Shown here in pieces: positions 1 to 13,361 of a stretch of DNA of 64,000 nt. The notes below the pieces were generated by a model, which was given only the letters and a program-made list of their open reading frames with translations, was not told the DNA's origin and made no database searches. This DNA is from Dendronephthya gigantea (taxonomy: Eukaryota), in NCBI RefSeq assembly GCF_004324835.1, contig NW_021163026.1, positions 2,163,271-2,227,270 on the forward strand. The letters are read 5' to 3'. The position numbers and the translations under genes are program-made. Position 1 is the first letter of the stretch; every line of letters starts with the position of its first letter.

Positions 1-3000
1 ACAATAGTCAATAGATGTCATCTTGCGAGTACGGAAAGTATTTTGATTTATGAATTACTCAGAATTGCTATAAAAAAAAGTGTGCGCATTATGCCGTCAC
101 GAACGTATTCTATTTCGCAAAAAAATCGATCCGACATTCCCGGTTTTGACGTTTCAATAGCCAGGGCAGCGACGGCAATTGAAATGCATGTTAAATGGAG
201 TGTATTTCACAATAAAAATAGACACGAAACATCTTAGACCACCTGCTAATACCACATCAAGTATTCATTATCCTCTCACAGTATGCTTTTGTATTGAAAA
301 TTAAAAAAATCCTTTTCAAAATATGTTTTGAATTTGAAAATTAGACAAAATAAATGAAAACCATATGGACAAAAAACTGTGCTTTTTCTAAACCGTACAA
401 ATTGTCGCGCGCTGAGGAAATTTTATCGTGTTTTTATAACCCGTATCTTTGGATTCCACTTGACCTGATCTTAAATAATGTCAAGTGTTCTGTATCAGTT
501 TAAGTTTATGACAGGCGTTATTTCATAATGGTATGGAAGTCGCTACGCTATTATTGACAAAGCGAATCAGTCTTTCATCTGTGAAAAATTCATACATGAC
601 TTACATCAATAATGGCACGATTGTTTTTTGGAAATTTTTAAAATTCATCGACTTGTCAGTTCTAAAGTATCTCGGACAAAATGAAAAAAAAGTTCACAGA
701 ACTTGCCGTATGTAAGCCGGTGTTTGTTCTTACAGTATAATTCCCAGTGTAGAGTTAAATAAACTAAGCGTTTAATGAAGTTCTTGGAGCGAAAAGTGCA
801 AACAAGTAAATGCCGTAAATATGGCGAGTATGACGCGCAATGTTTGAAGAAAAAGCAAACAATTATTCGAGTGAATAATATGCCATAATTTACATATTTT
901 ATTGCCCGACTGTAATGTTTTGTCTACGTGATAACGAATTTTCGCACGAAATGCTTTAAATATTAAAAAAAAACTAGGGGTTGTGTAGAACTGAAAACAA
1001 AACCTAGCGCTCAAAATTCGAATCTAATTTGCTACATTAATTGCGTTCTAGAATGTACGGGATTCGGTAAGCGATATAATTGCAACTGTTTTGACCCGTA
1101 CTGCAATCGGTAATAGTTTTCGAAATAATTTTCTGGGATTATTTGAAACACAAACAAAAGCGGAGTGTGAGATTTGAAAACTAAACATGTCACAATCCTT
1201 CATAAAACGCGTCTCAACTGCAAGCGGTGTTGTATAGTGTGCGTTCTGACTCGCGTTGAATCAATCATTTTTTTCAATAAAAAAAATGAGGTTTATATTT
1301 CATATTCCACCAGGTATCTTCAAGCGGTCCTTTTGGTGTTATCAAAATTAATTAAACTATAGTGTATAGTGGTTTTTATGAAGAAATACCGTATAGTTTT
1401 CAAACAATTCCAACGCTAGACAGGCCTGGTCAACACTGTCAGAGCTATTTTTGTAAGACAATACAGCTTGTGAATCATAAACCTTCATTCAAAGACGTGA
1501 TATAGTTTCTAAGATCACAGCAAATAAGCCATTCTTTAGAAGGACAATGTTTTGCGACGTCTTAAATCGCAATAATTTCTCAGCTCCAGACTACTGCTAG
1601 CTAAATTATACTCATAATTCAAATATATTTCATTAAACCCACAGAGAAAGTATTAAAGAATATTGCTCATTACTATATTAGCACGTAATATCACTTTTTA
1701 ACTGGGATGTTTTCTCAAATTAAGATTATCGGGGAAAGCAAGTCTTGCATATATATATACATAATACATTTCACCCAACTAACTCGGCACGGATGTACTT
1801 TGGTATGAAATCTAGACGTGGTTTGCCGCGAGTTAGAACAATCATAGCGATATGCATCATTATTGAGCTGGGCAAATACGAAAGTCAAACAATAAACGCG
1901 CTCAAAAGTATTGATATTTGCTAAGCGAGATTTAAAAAACAAGCAATAAATCCGGCATCCCTGAGACAAAATACCGTCTCGTGGTACAGATCACTATAGC
2001 GCCACCGGGCAGTGTTTGACGAGGTCAATTTGCACATAGACCTTACTTAGCTTGGCCACCTTTTGGGGCATAAATATTGGCTCTATACGTTGGCTCCATT
2101 GTGTCTAGTCGGGTTTATATGAATATTACAATGAGAGATAGAATCAATATCGTTGTTGTCTTGCGTTTCTGCGCTTTTACAGAACCCCGTTGTGGCGACG
2201 TTTTGAAGGAAACGCACTGTGCTTGACATCAGCTTTTTAAAAACTGTCAAACAGCTGGATTTGGTAGCAAAACTGCGTGTTTTTCTTAGCACAAAACAGC
2301 GCAACATTACCACATGTTTTCACCAGTCCACGATAATGAAGTCAGCATGTTTCGAGAACGCGAGAGAAGCGTAAAACTTATGAAGTAAATTACGAAAACG
2401 GAATCAAGCATGAATCGTATTTATGAGACCTTAACCTTTGATGTTTATACGCAACGATGTTTTGCTTTGCCTGCAGTTGTTTTTCAAACGAATTTTCGCA
2501 GTATGAAATCACATAAATATTGTGAAAATTTCTCGAGGATATGGCTGTTCTGAATTAATCTCAGCGGGAGAGACAGTGTTGTTTTTCAGTTCAGGAAACA
2601 CTGACTGTCATATAGGGCCAGAGGCGAGGACAGACGGCTTAAGTAGAGCTAAAGTACTTGTCAATAAGAAGAGAAATTCAAGGCCAATATATTACCCTAT
2701 ATCCTGACGATCTAGCTTCCTGTAAGGGTCTGAGCTCAGACACAGCGCACTTGTTATCAGTCCGGATAAAAAAAACATTTGACCGCAATCTGCTATGGTT
2801 TTGCCGTTATAGTCAGTAATGATGCCGGCTGGAATAATATCACTAATATGCCACTGCATTTTATCCCTACCTATGGCATGTCAAAACTCTCAACTCATAT
2901 TGCTCGCTGTTCTCATGACATCAAAGTATCGATTTGAACGTCTAATTGTTTTCAAAGCTGTTCCATCGGTCCGTTTAAGGGATCAAATTGACATTTAAGA

Positions 3001-6000
3001 TGTTAGATGAGGAGAATATAGCGAGATTGAGTTTAAGGGAATAGGTTTTGTCTAGGAGTATTTTTAGTCAACAGTCAACACTCCAGCGCTACTGACCAAA
3101 TATGTACAGGAAAATAGACATGAACAGCATGCATTAATGCAAAGATCAGGGAATATTACGCAAAATGCTATCATTAGTTGCATATTCTTCAGTTAAAACC
3201 ACGCTAATTTTTAAACCAACATTTTGACGTGGGCTCCCACTTCTCGAGTTTTTCAATACAGCCAGTTGAAAGCGAATTATTTATATTCGTTCGTGTAGCC
3301 AATGAATCGCATCAAAAATAACAAAATATGGTAAAGCATTCAATAAACGGTCATAATTGTCATGTTTATGATGAAATATTTTCATACGATTACTGCTGTG
3401 AAACGCAGGAACTATACTCGTATATTGAAGATCTTCGTTTCCATATTCACCTAGTGCTTTCCAACATGATATATATCTCTGAAGTGGGTCAATGTGATAA
3501 TATAAACATAAGAAGAAAAAAAACCCCTGACCTTATGCAAGTGCGGAAACTCGCCGAATGGTTTAAATATGGCTTTGTTTGGTTAGTATGTACCTGTGTG
3601 TTTTAAGAAAAAAAAACCCTACCACAAAGAATATGTCTACCTCTGTTGTTAGCAAAGATATGAAATGACAATTCAGGATAATTCCTCATTTTTGCGAGTC
3701 GAGTTAGGTATAATACTCGAAGAGAAGACAGTCATATTTCTTTTAAATCAAACATTGTCCTATATAACATGCAAATATGTTTGAGTTTACACACATTTGT
3801 CCCAAATCAGTTTAAGTAACGACGTGTAATAATTTTGAATATTTTAAGTTAGGAAATGCCTTCAAAGTATTCAACTAACTGTCTCGTATTGAATCGGCAG
3901 CTTTGTCGTCGCTACTCGTAAATATAATTGTTGCCAATGCATTTAAATTATTATGATTTGTGCACTTTCACATACGCAAACACGCACGCACACAGCAAAA
4001 TCATAATATCGGGGTCTTGTTAGGACTCCATATTAATAAAAGCAGATAAAAAAACCTCAAAAAGTATGCAATATGTCTGAATAATATACCCGCGGCAAAG
4101 TGCTACCTTGAATTACGGTTAATTGCTACATTTGCAGAAGTTAATATGCGTTCGAATCGTGCTCGCATCTGACCCGTGACAAATAATCATGTCGGCATTC
4201 TTTTCGATGTTTTGCCGACATGAGCCACAGATCGTTAAAATTAACGATGAGACAACACACCCGCCTAGCTAAAAAACGTGCAAAATCGTTAAAAAATACT
4301 GATTGTCTTTCGGTATGCGGCGATAAACGTCCAAAAATAACGAACCGGTAACTACTTGACCGAAAGGCATTTTTCAAGTGCAGCCAACAAATCCCTTTTA
4401 TATCTGTCATTTTATGAGGGTTCTCAAATTATTTGAAGTGCCAGTCCCGGTCATTGGCTCAAATCGGAGCACGGACGCACACGTTTAGCGGCTTGTAAAC
4501 AAAGCAAGTTTCCTTTGAGTTAAAGTTGCGTGTTGCACTGGAGCAACGATATATATAACAACAACACAGCCAACCTACCTCAAAGCCAACATTGCCTAGT
4601 TTGTAAGCCGATTGTCACGATACGGAGAGTGTAATATTATCGAAGCTAAGTGGTTTTGAAGTATGCCAGCGTACAATCGCTTTTAAAGCCGTTAACACAA
4701 ATAAATAAGCCATATAGGTGACGCGGAAGAGCTCCAGATAGAAAAAAAATAATAGTGGAAAAAATGAGAGCAATTTTGATACATTTGTGTGATCGAAAAT
4801 AAAGGATGTTGACCCTCGTATGACATTAATCAAGTATAGCAACAAATTTCACGTTATCTGTTATTGCTCGTATCCAGCATAGCTTGATATATATACTGCA
4901 TAAGTATTTGTCATGTCGCATTCCTAAATTTCAATTCGTCCCATCCTTTCTTATGAAAGCAATTCATCAATCGTCCCGTTCTCATGAGACAATCAATACT
5001 ACGTTTTACATAACGCTGTATTTACAAGTACAACCCCCCAGAATCGAAGGTATTTGGGATTTTGCAATTGTTGATATCACACGGATATTTGTACCGCTCC
5101 TTCCTAGCATACTGGTTTGTTATCAAACTCATGTATTTCCTTATTCCACTGGGGAATATTCATGTAAACATAATACACTTCAAGCCATGATACTTTATAA
5201 CATACCTGTAATACGTCTCCCTGTGCCCGACTTAACGTTCCGATATTTGCAAAAGTCCCTTGGAGCTTGTCTGTGTACATGGATCGCTCGTCCGTGTTAT
5301 CACACACGACAATTTCGACAAACGCAGTTCTTGTCGCAAAGCTTAGGGATAGAAGGTCAAGGAGGATCGCAATAATAACACTTCGACACAACAACATAGC
5401 TAGCGCCGTTCCAGACATCCACAAAGTACCCAAATATAAACAGCACTTGAGTGCAAAGCCTGATTTCGATCTGCACTTGAAGTAACGGCCGCGATTTTCA
5501 CGCAAGTCCGCTCAATAGAGCACAGCAACCCGGCGATCCAGCAAAGCACTTCTGAATTCAAAACCTGCGGTTCTCCTCACACGTTTCATGGCCGCTCGGT
5601 GTGATGGATACAATGCGCTCACTCGGTCGCTTTGCTTCGGCACAGTCAGTCGATCAGTCGATCAATTATGCGCACCAGCTGTCAAAAATTCGTAATTAAA
5701 AAATTATTAATTTGTTTGATTATTAACCGCGCGGCGAAACACAGCGTTGGCGCTACGACGCGCTCTTGAAACTTAAGAAAATTGTCGGCCCGCGTTGCGT
5801 CGTTTGAGAGAATACTTAAATTTTCTCGCCAAATGTAGCGTGCGTGTTCTGTTGTTCCCAATTTGTGGCAATTGAGAGGCGAATGGAATTCGCGATTAGT
5901 TAATTGCGACAATGCTGCTATCGATTCAATGGCAGAGCGGAAATCAGCAACCGATGTCAATTTTACTTCATTGAACTCCACAGGGCCACTTGCACATTTG

Positions 6001-7685
6001 ATTCGGCTCGTTTTTGTGTTTTCTTTTTCATTGTCTTATCCACCGCCGCCTTTGTCTATGTTTGGAAGAGAAGAATAGTGTCACCATTTTATATTGTCTT
6101 TTTTGATAGCCCGCGTATTAAATGGTATATAACCTCGCCGTCGACCGTTCCGATAGCTTCCACGGCGATATCACTTTCCGCTTTGATAAATTTATAAAAC
6201 AAAAATAGCATGGTGCGATGGTATTAAATGAAGCCGTAAAATGTTCACAATGACTTAAGACGTTACTGGTCAATGGACCGGATACAAAAGCTTCTCCAAT
6301 GCTTTTCGCTCCAATTTTTCTCCTGTCTGGCGGAAAAGAATAAGTCCTTTTTATTTTCCGGACAAAAATCAGTTTGGAAGAGTTTTTTGAGTGTAGTATA
6401 GTAAACCTATATTTCTAGAGAAAAGTGTCATACATTATATAATATATTTGTTTATACTATAATCGATACAAATAGTGTCAAATAGTATCAAATTCCTGAT
6501 TTCCCAAATTTCATTATTTCCTGATTCAAAATCTGATCCAAATGCGAGGGTACTAATTGAGTCGGACATTTTTCCCGAGGCGAATTTGAATATGAAAACT
6601 TATCGTAAACTAAAGCTATAGGCAATCAAATTTTCCGCTACAGTGTATACAAGCCAGCCAATGTGTTTATTGCTTTTGGCAAGGCTGCGGTGAATTCGCG
6701 CGTGGTTTTTTTTGGGCCTGGATGAAGTATTAATCGGCAACGAGATCACAGTTTAACAAAACTGATAACACTGATTTCACTCCATGTTCAGTTGACTAAA
6801 GTACACATAGAAACAGGCATGACGGATTGGATTAGTTTTCATTGTTCTTACCATTGAAGTCGGCTCCGTGAAAATTGGAGTCATTCAATGTTGAAGCTAT
6901 GTAAATCGCAGCGCAAAATTTGCTGCGTGTGTATTTAATTGATATTTGGTGTTCCTAAGGTAAACAAAATAAAAAGACATAATTACAATAATATGTCAAT
7001 AACCAATGCGGTTAATGGGTATGCCTCTAGCTTGATATATTTCTAGATTTCTAAGATTTCTCAATATTTCGTGCATGTCAAAACAATTCTTCGGCAAAAC
7101 AACTGCTTTAGTGTGAAAACTGCACGCTAAACTTTAACCAACTGCTGCTTCATTGATCTTCGTAACGTTCGTTGAAACCTTAGTTGAATTGATTCAGAAA
7201 CGGTTTGTTCCTCACGTAAGTTCTTTTCGAATACATGAAAAAGTTCTTTTCCCACGCGAAAGGTTCTTTTCACTTACCAAAAAGTTCTAATTGATTTTTC
7301 TCACGCTTGCTACATTTTTGATACATTTTTGGAACAACAATCTTCGCTGCATTCTAGAACGTTTTTGTTACATTTCAGAACGTTCTAAATTGCGTATAAT
7401 TATTATTTCGTTCTAAATCTGAGGAATAAATCTGTTTTTCACCGTTAAAATGCACATTTTCCAACGTATCCCAAGCCGGCTTGTCGGTAATGTTCTCGTT
7501 CTCTTTGCCTGCTTGCTGTCCGAGACTTCGCCAAAGAGCAAATAGGACGAAAATGTGATACTGAGGCTGAATTTCAACTCTCTCATAATTAAACTTTTAT
7601 GCATTCAGTCACTATAGTTCAAGTTGAAGCTCGAATATATTTACACAGAATTATATTTAGGTCAAGAAGTTATCTGGTGTTTTCA

Positions 7686-7810
7686 CTATCTCCGTCTTTT
7701 TCCTCGTTTTTTGTCCTGATTTTTCATCTTCCCCCGCAAATCAGTCTTCATTCTCGGATCAACCATTTTGAAAGGACCCTTCACGCCCGCGGGCCGTTTT
7801 GCTCGTTTCC
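7686..7810 (-). CDS. FTSJ3: FTSJ3 homolog terminal coding exon (basic C-terminus, TAG stop at 7688-7686)
   Basis: The acceptor is caacag followed by GGAAACGAG. It reads [41 protein letters not shown]. This resembles the conserved FTSJ3/Spb1 extreme C-terminus (RPAGV+G.FK.VD.RMK.D); that alignment is from memory. Confidence 0.6.
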
Positions 7811-10800
7811 CTGTTGATTAAATACGAAAAGATACGGAATGATTAACGACTTTTACTTTGTCGAGACAATCGTTAGTGAACTTCAATGGGAGAATATGGA
7901 GCTTCTCCATTATTATTTATTAAAACATACCGATTCCTTTCTTGGCAACGACGTATTTCACTTCAGGTTTCTTTCGTTTGCCAACTCCAGCTTTTTTATA
8001 CAGGCTAAGATTAGAGAGACGTACGTTAACCACACGTGGAAGAAAACTATTTCCCTAGTTCCGTCCACTATCAACAACATCATCCAACATTGCTATGATC
8101 GACACTATGACCAATATCATTCATCAATATTATAACCACTAATATCATCGTCATCACCGATATCATCATCACTATTGCTAATATTATTATCACTACCACC
8201 AATATCATCATCACAATCACCGATATCATCGTCGATATCATTATCACTACCACCAATATCATCATCACAATCACCGATATCATCGTCGATATCATCATCA
8301 CTACCACCAATATCATCATCATCATCATCACTGTCACTGATTACCATCACTCACTTCCTGAGCTGTTGTGCCTTTTCCTTATCCGTGACTTCATCGTTAT
8401 CACAAATAACTTCTGCCTTCTTCCTCGCTCTTTCAAGTCGTTTCATTTCCTTCTGTTTCTTCCTGGCTTTAGCCTCAGCTATTTTCTTGATTGGTCTGGC
8501 ATTGATCTCTCGTAACCTGGCCTTGTATTCCATTGCCTCTTCTTTAGTGACTGGCAGGTTACGCTGATAATGTTTAGCTTCATCCTGGGTGAACCATTCT
8601 GGTAGGTTATCATCGTTGAACGTCCACCTTAAATGTCAAGAAATGAATTTCAAAATGGAGGTCCAGTGTTGCAATCTAACGTGGTGGTCTAGTGTAGGTA
8701 GTATTCTACAATAAGCTATCGTGGTTTGTGTCTGAACTACCTGAAACTACAGTACCTGTGGTATGCCTCATCTTCGATTTCTCGCTTTCGTTTCTTAGAG
8801 AAAGCCATTTGCGCTCCAAGGGCAAGTCCTTCAGGTGTCATATTTTTCATAAGATCTAAATGTATATTTATTACTGATATAGTAAAGAGTTTAGAACTGA
8901 TAGAGCTGTCCAGTACAATTAGAATTAACTTTGTTCAAACGTACAATGTTGTGATACGACTTCAAATCCATTTTCAGATTTCGTGGTAACATCTGTCTCG
9001 TTCTGCACTTGTTCCATTTCATAATCGCTGTCGTCGGAGTCACTGTCGGAGTCGGACGATTTGTTGTCGGCCTGACTCGCTGCATTATCGGACCTCTTCG
9101 TCATCGTTTTGGTATCCTTATCTGAAATACAAAACGCAAGCTTTTGGTCCTTGGTATAATCAGGTAACGTTTGTTTCAATTACTAGCCATTATTGCATAA
9201 CCATCCATGTCAGGTGATTCACGTACTATCTCCCAAAAGAACACCACCAGCTTTTTTGTGCCTTTTCATCATTTGCTCCACCTCAAAATCCTCATCTTCC
9301 ACAGTTTCTAGACCTTGAAACATGTCCTAAACGAAGTTGCAATGATTAATGGGCGACGTCTTTATTGTATCTTCTGTTTCAAGATTTTTGGATTAACTTG
9401 TGTTTACACAATCATCTTTTGCTAAACACTTACTTTGCCAAACCAAAGTTTGGTTTTCGTTAGTTGATCAGTCTCTTCGTCTGGATCGACCAACAGTGGA
9501 TTGACATCATCATCATCATCTTCTTCATCATCATTGTCCTCGATATCCCCAGCGCTACTGTCCTCACTGTCCTCGACATCACTGCTATCCCCATCATCGT
9601 CCGCATCTTCAATCATATCTCCCTCATCGACCTTCTCCAAATTCTATGATCAAATATATATATCCATGGTCATGAAGTTTTGGAGAGATTGGGTGAACTT
9701 ATCTTCGGCGAGGTTACATGCAGCAATTCCTCACTCTTCAACAATTCAAATGAAATCCTATTACTTGGTATAACACACGGTGTACAAATCACACTGCCAG
9801 TCAAACAATCAAGTCCCTGATTTAGGAAACCCTTTGTGGTTTTCCAACGATACCAGCCAACCTCTCAAAATTCATCCCAAAATGATGAAAGAAAACCAAA
9901 CTATTATATTGCTCAGGAGAGTGAAGACAAAGTTGATTACTAAAGTCACCGCACCTTCTTACTCTTGATGTTGTTCAGCGAGAAGAGCTCAGCGTCATCG
10001 CCGTCAGCAGTCGCTCCACCACCAATCTGCATTCTTTCACGAGCCTGTTTCTTCATTGCAAACAACTTACGACGCTTTCTACACATTTCACAAGTCAAGT
10101 CATCATTCATGAACAATGAGAAAAAAGAATAAAAAACCCCGAATTCCTGGAGGTTTTGTTTACCTTTTGCCATCAGCAGTTTCCTCGTCTTTCAAATCCT
10201 GGATCATCTCGTCAACAGTTTTCTAAATCATCCAGGTTAGAAGGAATGATTTACCATTATTTGCAATCTCTATGCTAGTGTATTCTACCTATTGGGAGTT
10301 ATTGTCACTCAGAGTATCTCGGATTTACAAAAAACTCGAGGACAATGCGGCCTAGGAAAACGTGTTTTACTAGAATTATCTTTCCACACCTCTGGTGCAA
10401 CGTCTTCTTTGTCTTGCTCAGCGCTGAGGAAAGAAACGACAATATGACAGAAGATATTAAAGGTGTACTGATCACGTATTTATCTGAATAAAACAAAGTT
10501 TCCCAACCTCGTGTTTTCAGCAGGACTGTTTTCCAGATCATGCAACATTGCTTGCCAGTTCAACAATAATCTAAAGTGATATCCAAAGCTTACTTAAAAA
10601 CAGTAATAGCCGTCCGTATGCCGTTCAAAATGTACTTGAAGTTTCAGGCAAAACTATTCGCAATCTCTTCTGGATAATCTTAATTCAACTAACCTCACTT
10701 CCCCTTTTCCTAAAACTTTGATATCCTTGCAACATTCCTTGATTTCAGACGTGGTTAAATCATGTTGAAGATATCTTTTATCATCAAACACAATCTACAA

Positions 10801-12622
10801 CGGGACAGTGACAGTCCGTTTTTACACTCCTTATTTTAGCATTTCTCACTCTTCAGTTCATAGGAGAGCAGTTAGACGACGCTATCCAGTCTAGATAAAG
10901 AAATATACGCACCTGATTCACTGAGCTCAAAAGATCCAAGGGTTTTGCACTCTTCACAAACTCTGTGACTGCTAAAGTCTTGAACAAGCTATAGTCTCCT
11001 TCTTCATAGCCCTGGGCACGCGATCGTTTCTACAAGGTGCATATACTAGGCATTACTATATGACAAGATCTTACAGTTTATTGTGGAATCATGACCACTT
11101 ACTTTATTGCTGAGAAGACTAGCTTGTTTTGTAGGCTCTTGATTTACTTCTTCAAAGATGCACTTCCAATCAAGTAACTTTGGATCTATCTTGTCTGGAG
11201 CTTTATAACCCTAGATATCAACAACCAACATTCTCATTTACTGGTAAACCGACCACAGAGGTACCCAGATGTACCCATTCCTCACACTTCTTTACCTGAC
11301 AAACAACAAATATTTCTGCTGACTCATTACGCGAGGCTTGTGGCTTTGTTGCATGAACTTTCTTGAAGAGTTGATTGAAAACCCAGATCAATGGTTGGTA
11401 GTCTTTTGAGCGAAACACCTGAAAAACATATTTGTTTGCAGCAATTACAGATGATTCAGACAGACAAAGCGTTTTCTGTTTTGACTTTTTGAGCAAGTAA
11501 GCACAAACCTTTGTGACAAACCATCCTCCCTTGTTTAAGAAGTCGCATGCAAGCTTCAAAGCAGCTAGTGTCAGATGTGCTGAAATGAACAAGACAGACT
11601 GAATCAGCTGTGATGATCATTTCTTGGACAAGGATTTTCCTAAACAAACCTTGTGTGAAAGCATCATGTGCCCAGGCTGATCCAACATTTGGAGCACCGT
11701 CGTTTAAAACACAGTCAGCTTTCCATGTCTTGAGCTCTTTCTTTATGTCCTAGTATTGTTAAACAAGACTGCTGTATTTTTTTTTATTTGAGAGATGTTG
11801 TGACAGTTTTTAAACTTTACATTAGAGAAGTGACCATGTCATAGCAGTGTATATATTAGGAAGGTATTCATATTGATGAGGTACATGGGTGCTTCCCATG
11901 TTAGAGGGGTGTACATATTAGAGAGGTACCCATATTGGAGAGACATCCGTGTAGAAATGATATTTATTAGGAAGGGGGTTTGTAATGGGAGAATTCATAA
12001 CTGAAGAGACCTGTGTTGTTTACCTGCCTACATTTCTGTGTGGTGATATCATCTTGCAAAGTGATAACGTTTGCTATTGGTTTTATTGGGACTAAATCTA
12101 CACCTGAAATACAATAACATATCAAACTCTGTTAATTATAAATTTACAAATATCAAACTCTGTTAATTTTTGTAGGGTGATCCATTGCAACCCTGGGAAC
12201 ATGAGAGAATTACCAATGATGATGCTTGATACTGGCATAAATCTTGACGCAACCTGGAGCCTGTGAATGGTATGAAATATATTAGTATACGCAGCTCTGT
12301 CCTAGGATGAAATTAGACTTCTTGTTCACGAGTTGATTGTTGAGTTCCTGGATTGACTCACCATCCTCCTGGTGCCGCGCACAGGTCAATACAAACACGA
12401 GATGACTGTAAGAATTCAAACTTTCTATTCAACTGAATAAGTTTGAATGCAGAACGTGCTCGGTAACCTAGACAACAGATATACAGACTATAATATCTGA
12501 TCTCAATATGGCACTGGATGATGATGTCACATACATGACCATTACACACACATACCTGTTTCTTTTGCTAGATGATAAAATTTATCTCTTCTCTGTTTTC
12601 CAATTTTTCCCTTCTTACCCAT
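7686..12622 (-). CDS. FTSJ3: Multi-exon gene for the pre-rRNA 2'-O-methyltransferase FTSJ3/Spb1 homolog (start codon to stop codon; internal exon boundaries only partly resolved)
   Basis: Minus-strand exon 1 reads [23 protein letters not shown] and is followed by GTATGT. Exon 2 reads [36 protein letters not shown], the FtsJ AdoMet-binding N-terminus. Further exons read [33 protein letters not shown] (about 11640-11740) and [63 protein letters not shown] (about 11220-11590). Spb1_C-like exons follow at 8355-10200: [57 protein letters not shown]... The conserved C-terminal tail exons are listed separately. Confidence 0.85.
7931..8004 (-). CDS. FTSJ3: FTSJ3 homolog penultimate coding exon
   Basis: The acceptor is tcttag followed by CCTGTAT. 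It reads (N)[25 protein letters not shown], and the donor is ATCG|GTATGT. The phase matches the upstream AA|GTGAGT donor. Confidence 0.6.
8103..8340. repeat. Tandem repeat of 60 bp and 4 units; it encodes a poly-acidic DDDIG peptide on the minus strand but is interpreted as intronic
   Basis: The unit is caccgatatcatcgtcgatatcat(t/c)atcactaccaccaatatcatcatcacaatcac, repeated four times between 8103 and 8340. Confidence 0.85.
8355..8624 (-). CDS. FTSJ3: FTSJ3 homolog Spb1_C-like exon (upper boundary approximate); the apparent TGA stop is part of the GTGAGT donor
   Basis: The acceptor is atttaag followed by GTGGACG. It reads [91 protein letters not shown]. On the minus strand the TGA at 8353-8351 overlaps a consensus GTGAGT donor (AGG AA|GTGAGT). 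Confidence 0.6.
12362..12467 (-). CDS. FTSJ3: FTSJ3 homolog coding exon 2 (FtsJ methyltransferase N-terminal motif)
   Basis: The acceptor is ctag followed by GTTACCGAG. Completed by the G from exon 1, it reads [36 protein letters not shown]. The donor is GGATG|GTGAGT. The tracked ORF 12358-12549 extends past the true acceptor. Confidence 0.8.
12556..12622 (-). CDS. FTSJ3: FTSJ3 homolog coding exon 1 (ATG at 12622-12620 on the minus strand)
   Basis: The reverse complement reads ATG GGT AAG AAG GGA AAA ATT GGA AAA CAG AGA AGA GAT AAA TTT TAT CAT CTA GCA AAA GAA ACA G, followed by the donor GTATGTGTG. It ends in phase 1. Confidence 0.8.
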
Positions 12623-13361
12623 GATGAGTTTTCAAATACTAACAATAAGTCAATAACAAAGAGAATACCTAGACTGTAAAGACGCAGTATGCTAAACACA
12701 GCAGAGGAGGACTCGAAGGACGAAGGAAAAGCTAATCCGCGGTCTTCAAGTCACTTTACTGATAGTCTAAACGCCATAATATGATAGTATTTTACTTCTA
12801 ATAAAAAACAACGAGATAATTGGATCAGAAAATCGATTTTCTGAGCACCAGCCATTAGAAATCAAGATCTAACTGCAGTAAAATGTCATATATAACCCTC
12901 ACCTATTCCAATCAGCAATCTTAACGGTCTTCTTGAGTCAAAATCCAAAAATTTTTGGCAGAAAAACTTTATCATTCGTGTTTGTAAACACGTACCATGT
13001 GAGTTCTATTGTGTTTGGTATTAAATAAAGTATCGTAACATATTACCGCAGAGTATACAAACGTGTTGGCTCAGCTAGGCTAAACGATGTAATTTGTCCA
13101 CAAAATTCTATATGATTTAATTTTGGGAGGATTTTCACAACTTATCTTTCCCTTCCACCGCCATAAAGCTGTTATTATGTTTTTAGTTGAGAGTATTTTT
13201 GCCTTTTTCCCTGCAAATACACAATTTAAACTTCTTTTTGATAAACTGAAAACTCTGGGGGTCTGGGGCTCAATCATCTTCTTTCCTTTTGGTTTTCCCA
13301 CGTTGCGTCATAAAAAAGAGAAGAAAATTTATTGAAAAAATTTCATTTCTCTTCTGTAATA

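Noticed and set aside
4884-5505. Overlapping ORFs of 133-163 aa on both strands
   Set aside because: I found no recognisable motifs, no splice-site context, and unremarkable composition. Antisense-overlapping open frames of this size occur by chance at this GC content. They may be a TE relic, but I cannot support that.
8117-8350. Minus-strand ORF encoding poly-acidic (DDDIG)n, directly in frame after the FTSJ3 TGA
   Set aside because: It is a 60-bp x4 minisatellite. The upstream TGA is part of a consensus GTGAGT donor, and two downstream exons encode the conserved FTSJ3 C-terminus. It is therefore interpreted as intronic. It is kept as a possible readthrough or retention isoform in the findings.
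12358-12549. ORF-track minus-strand ORF taken at full length as an FTSJ3 exon
   Set aside because: The true exon is shorter (12362-12467). Its upstream part lies beyond the ctag acceptor, and the GGW codon is split by a GTGAGT donor.
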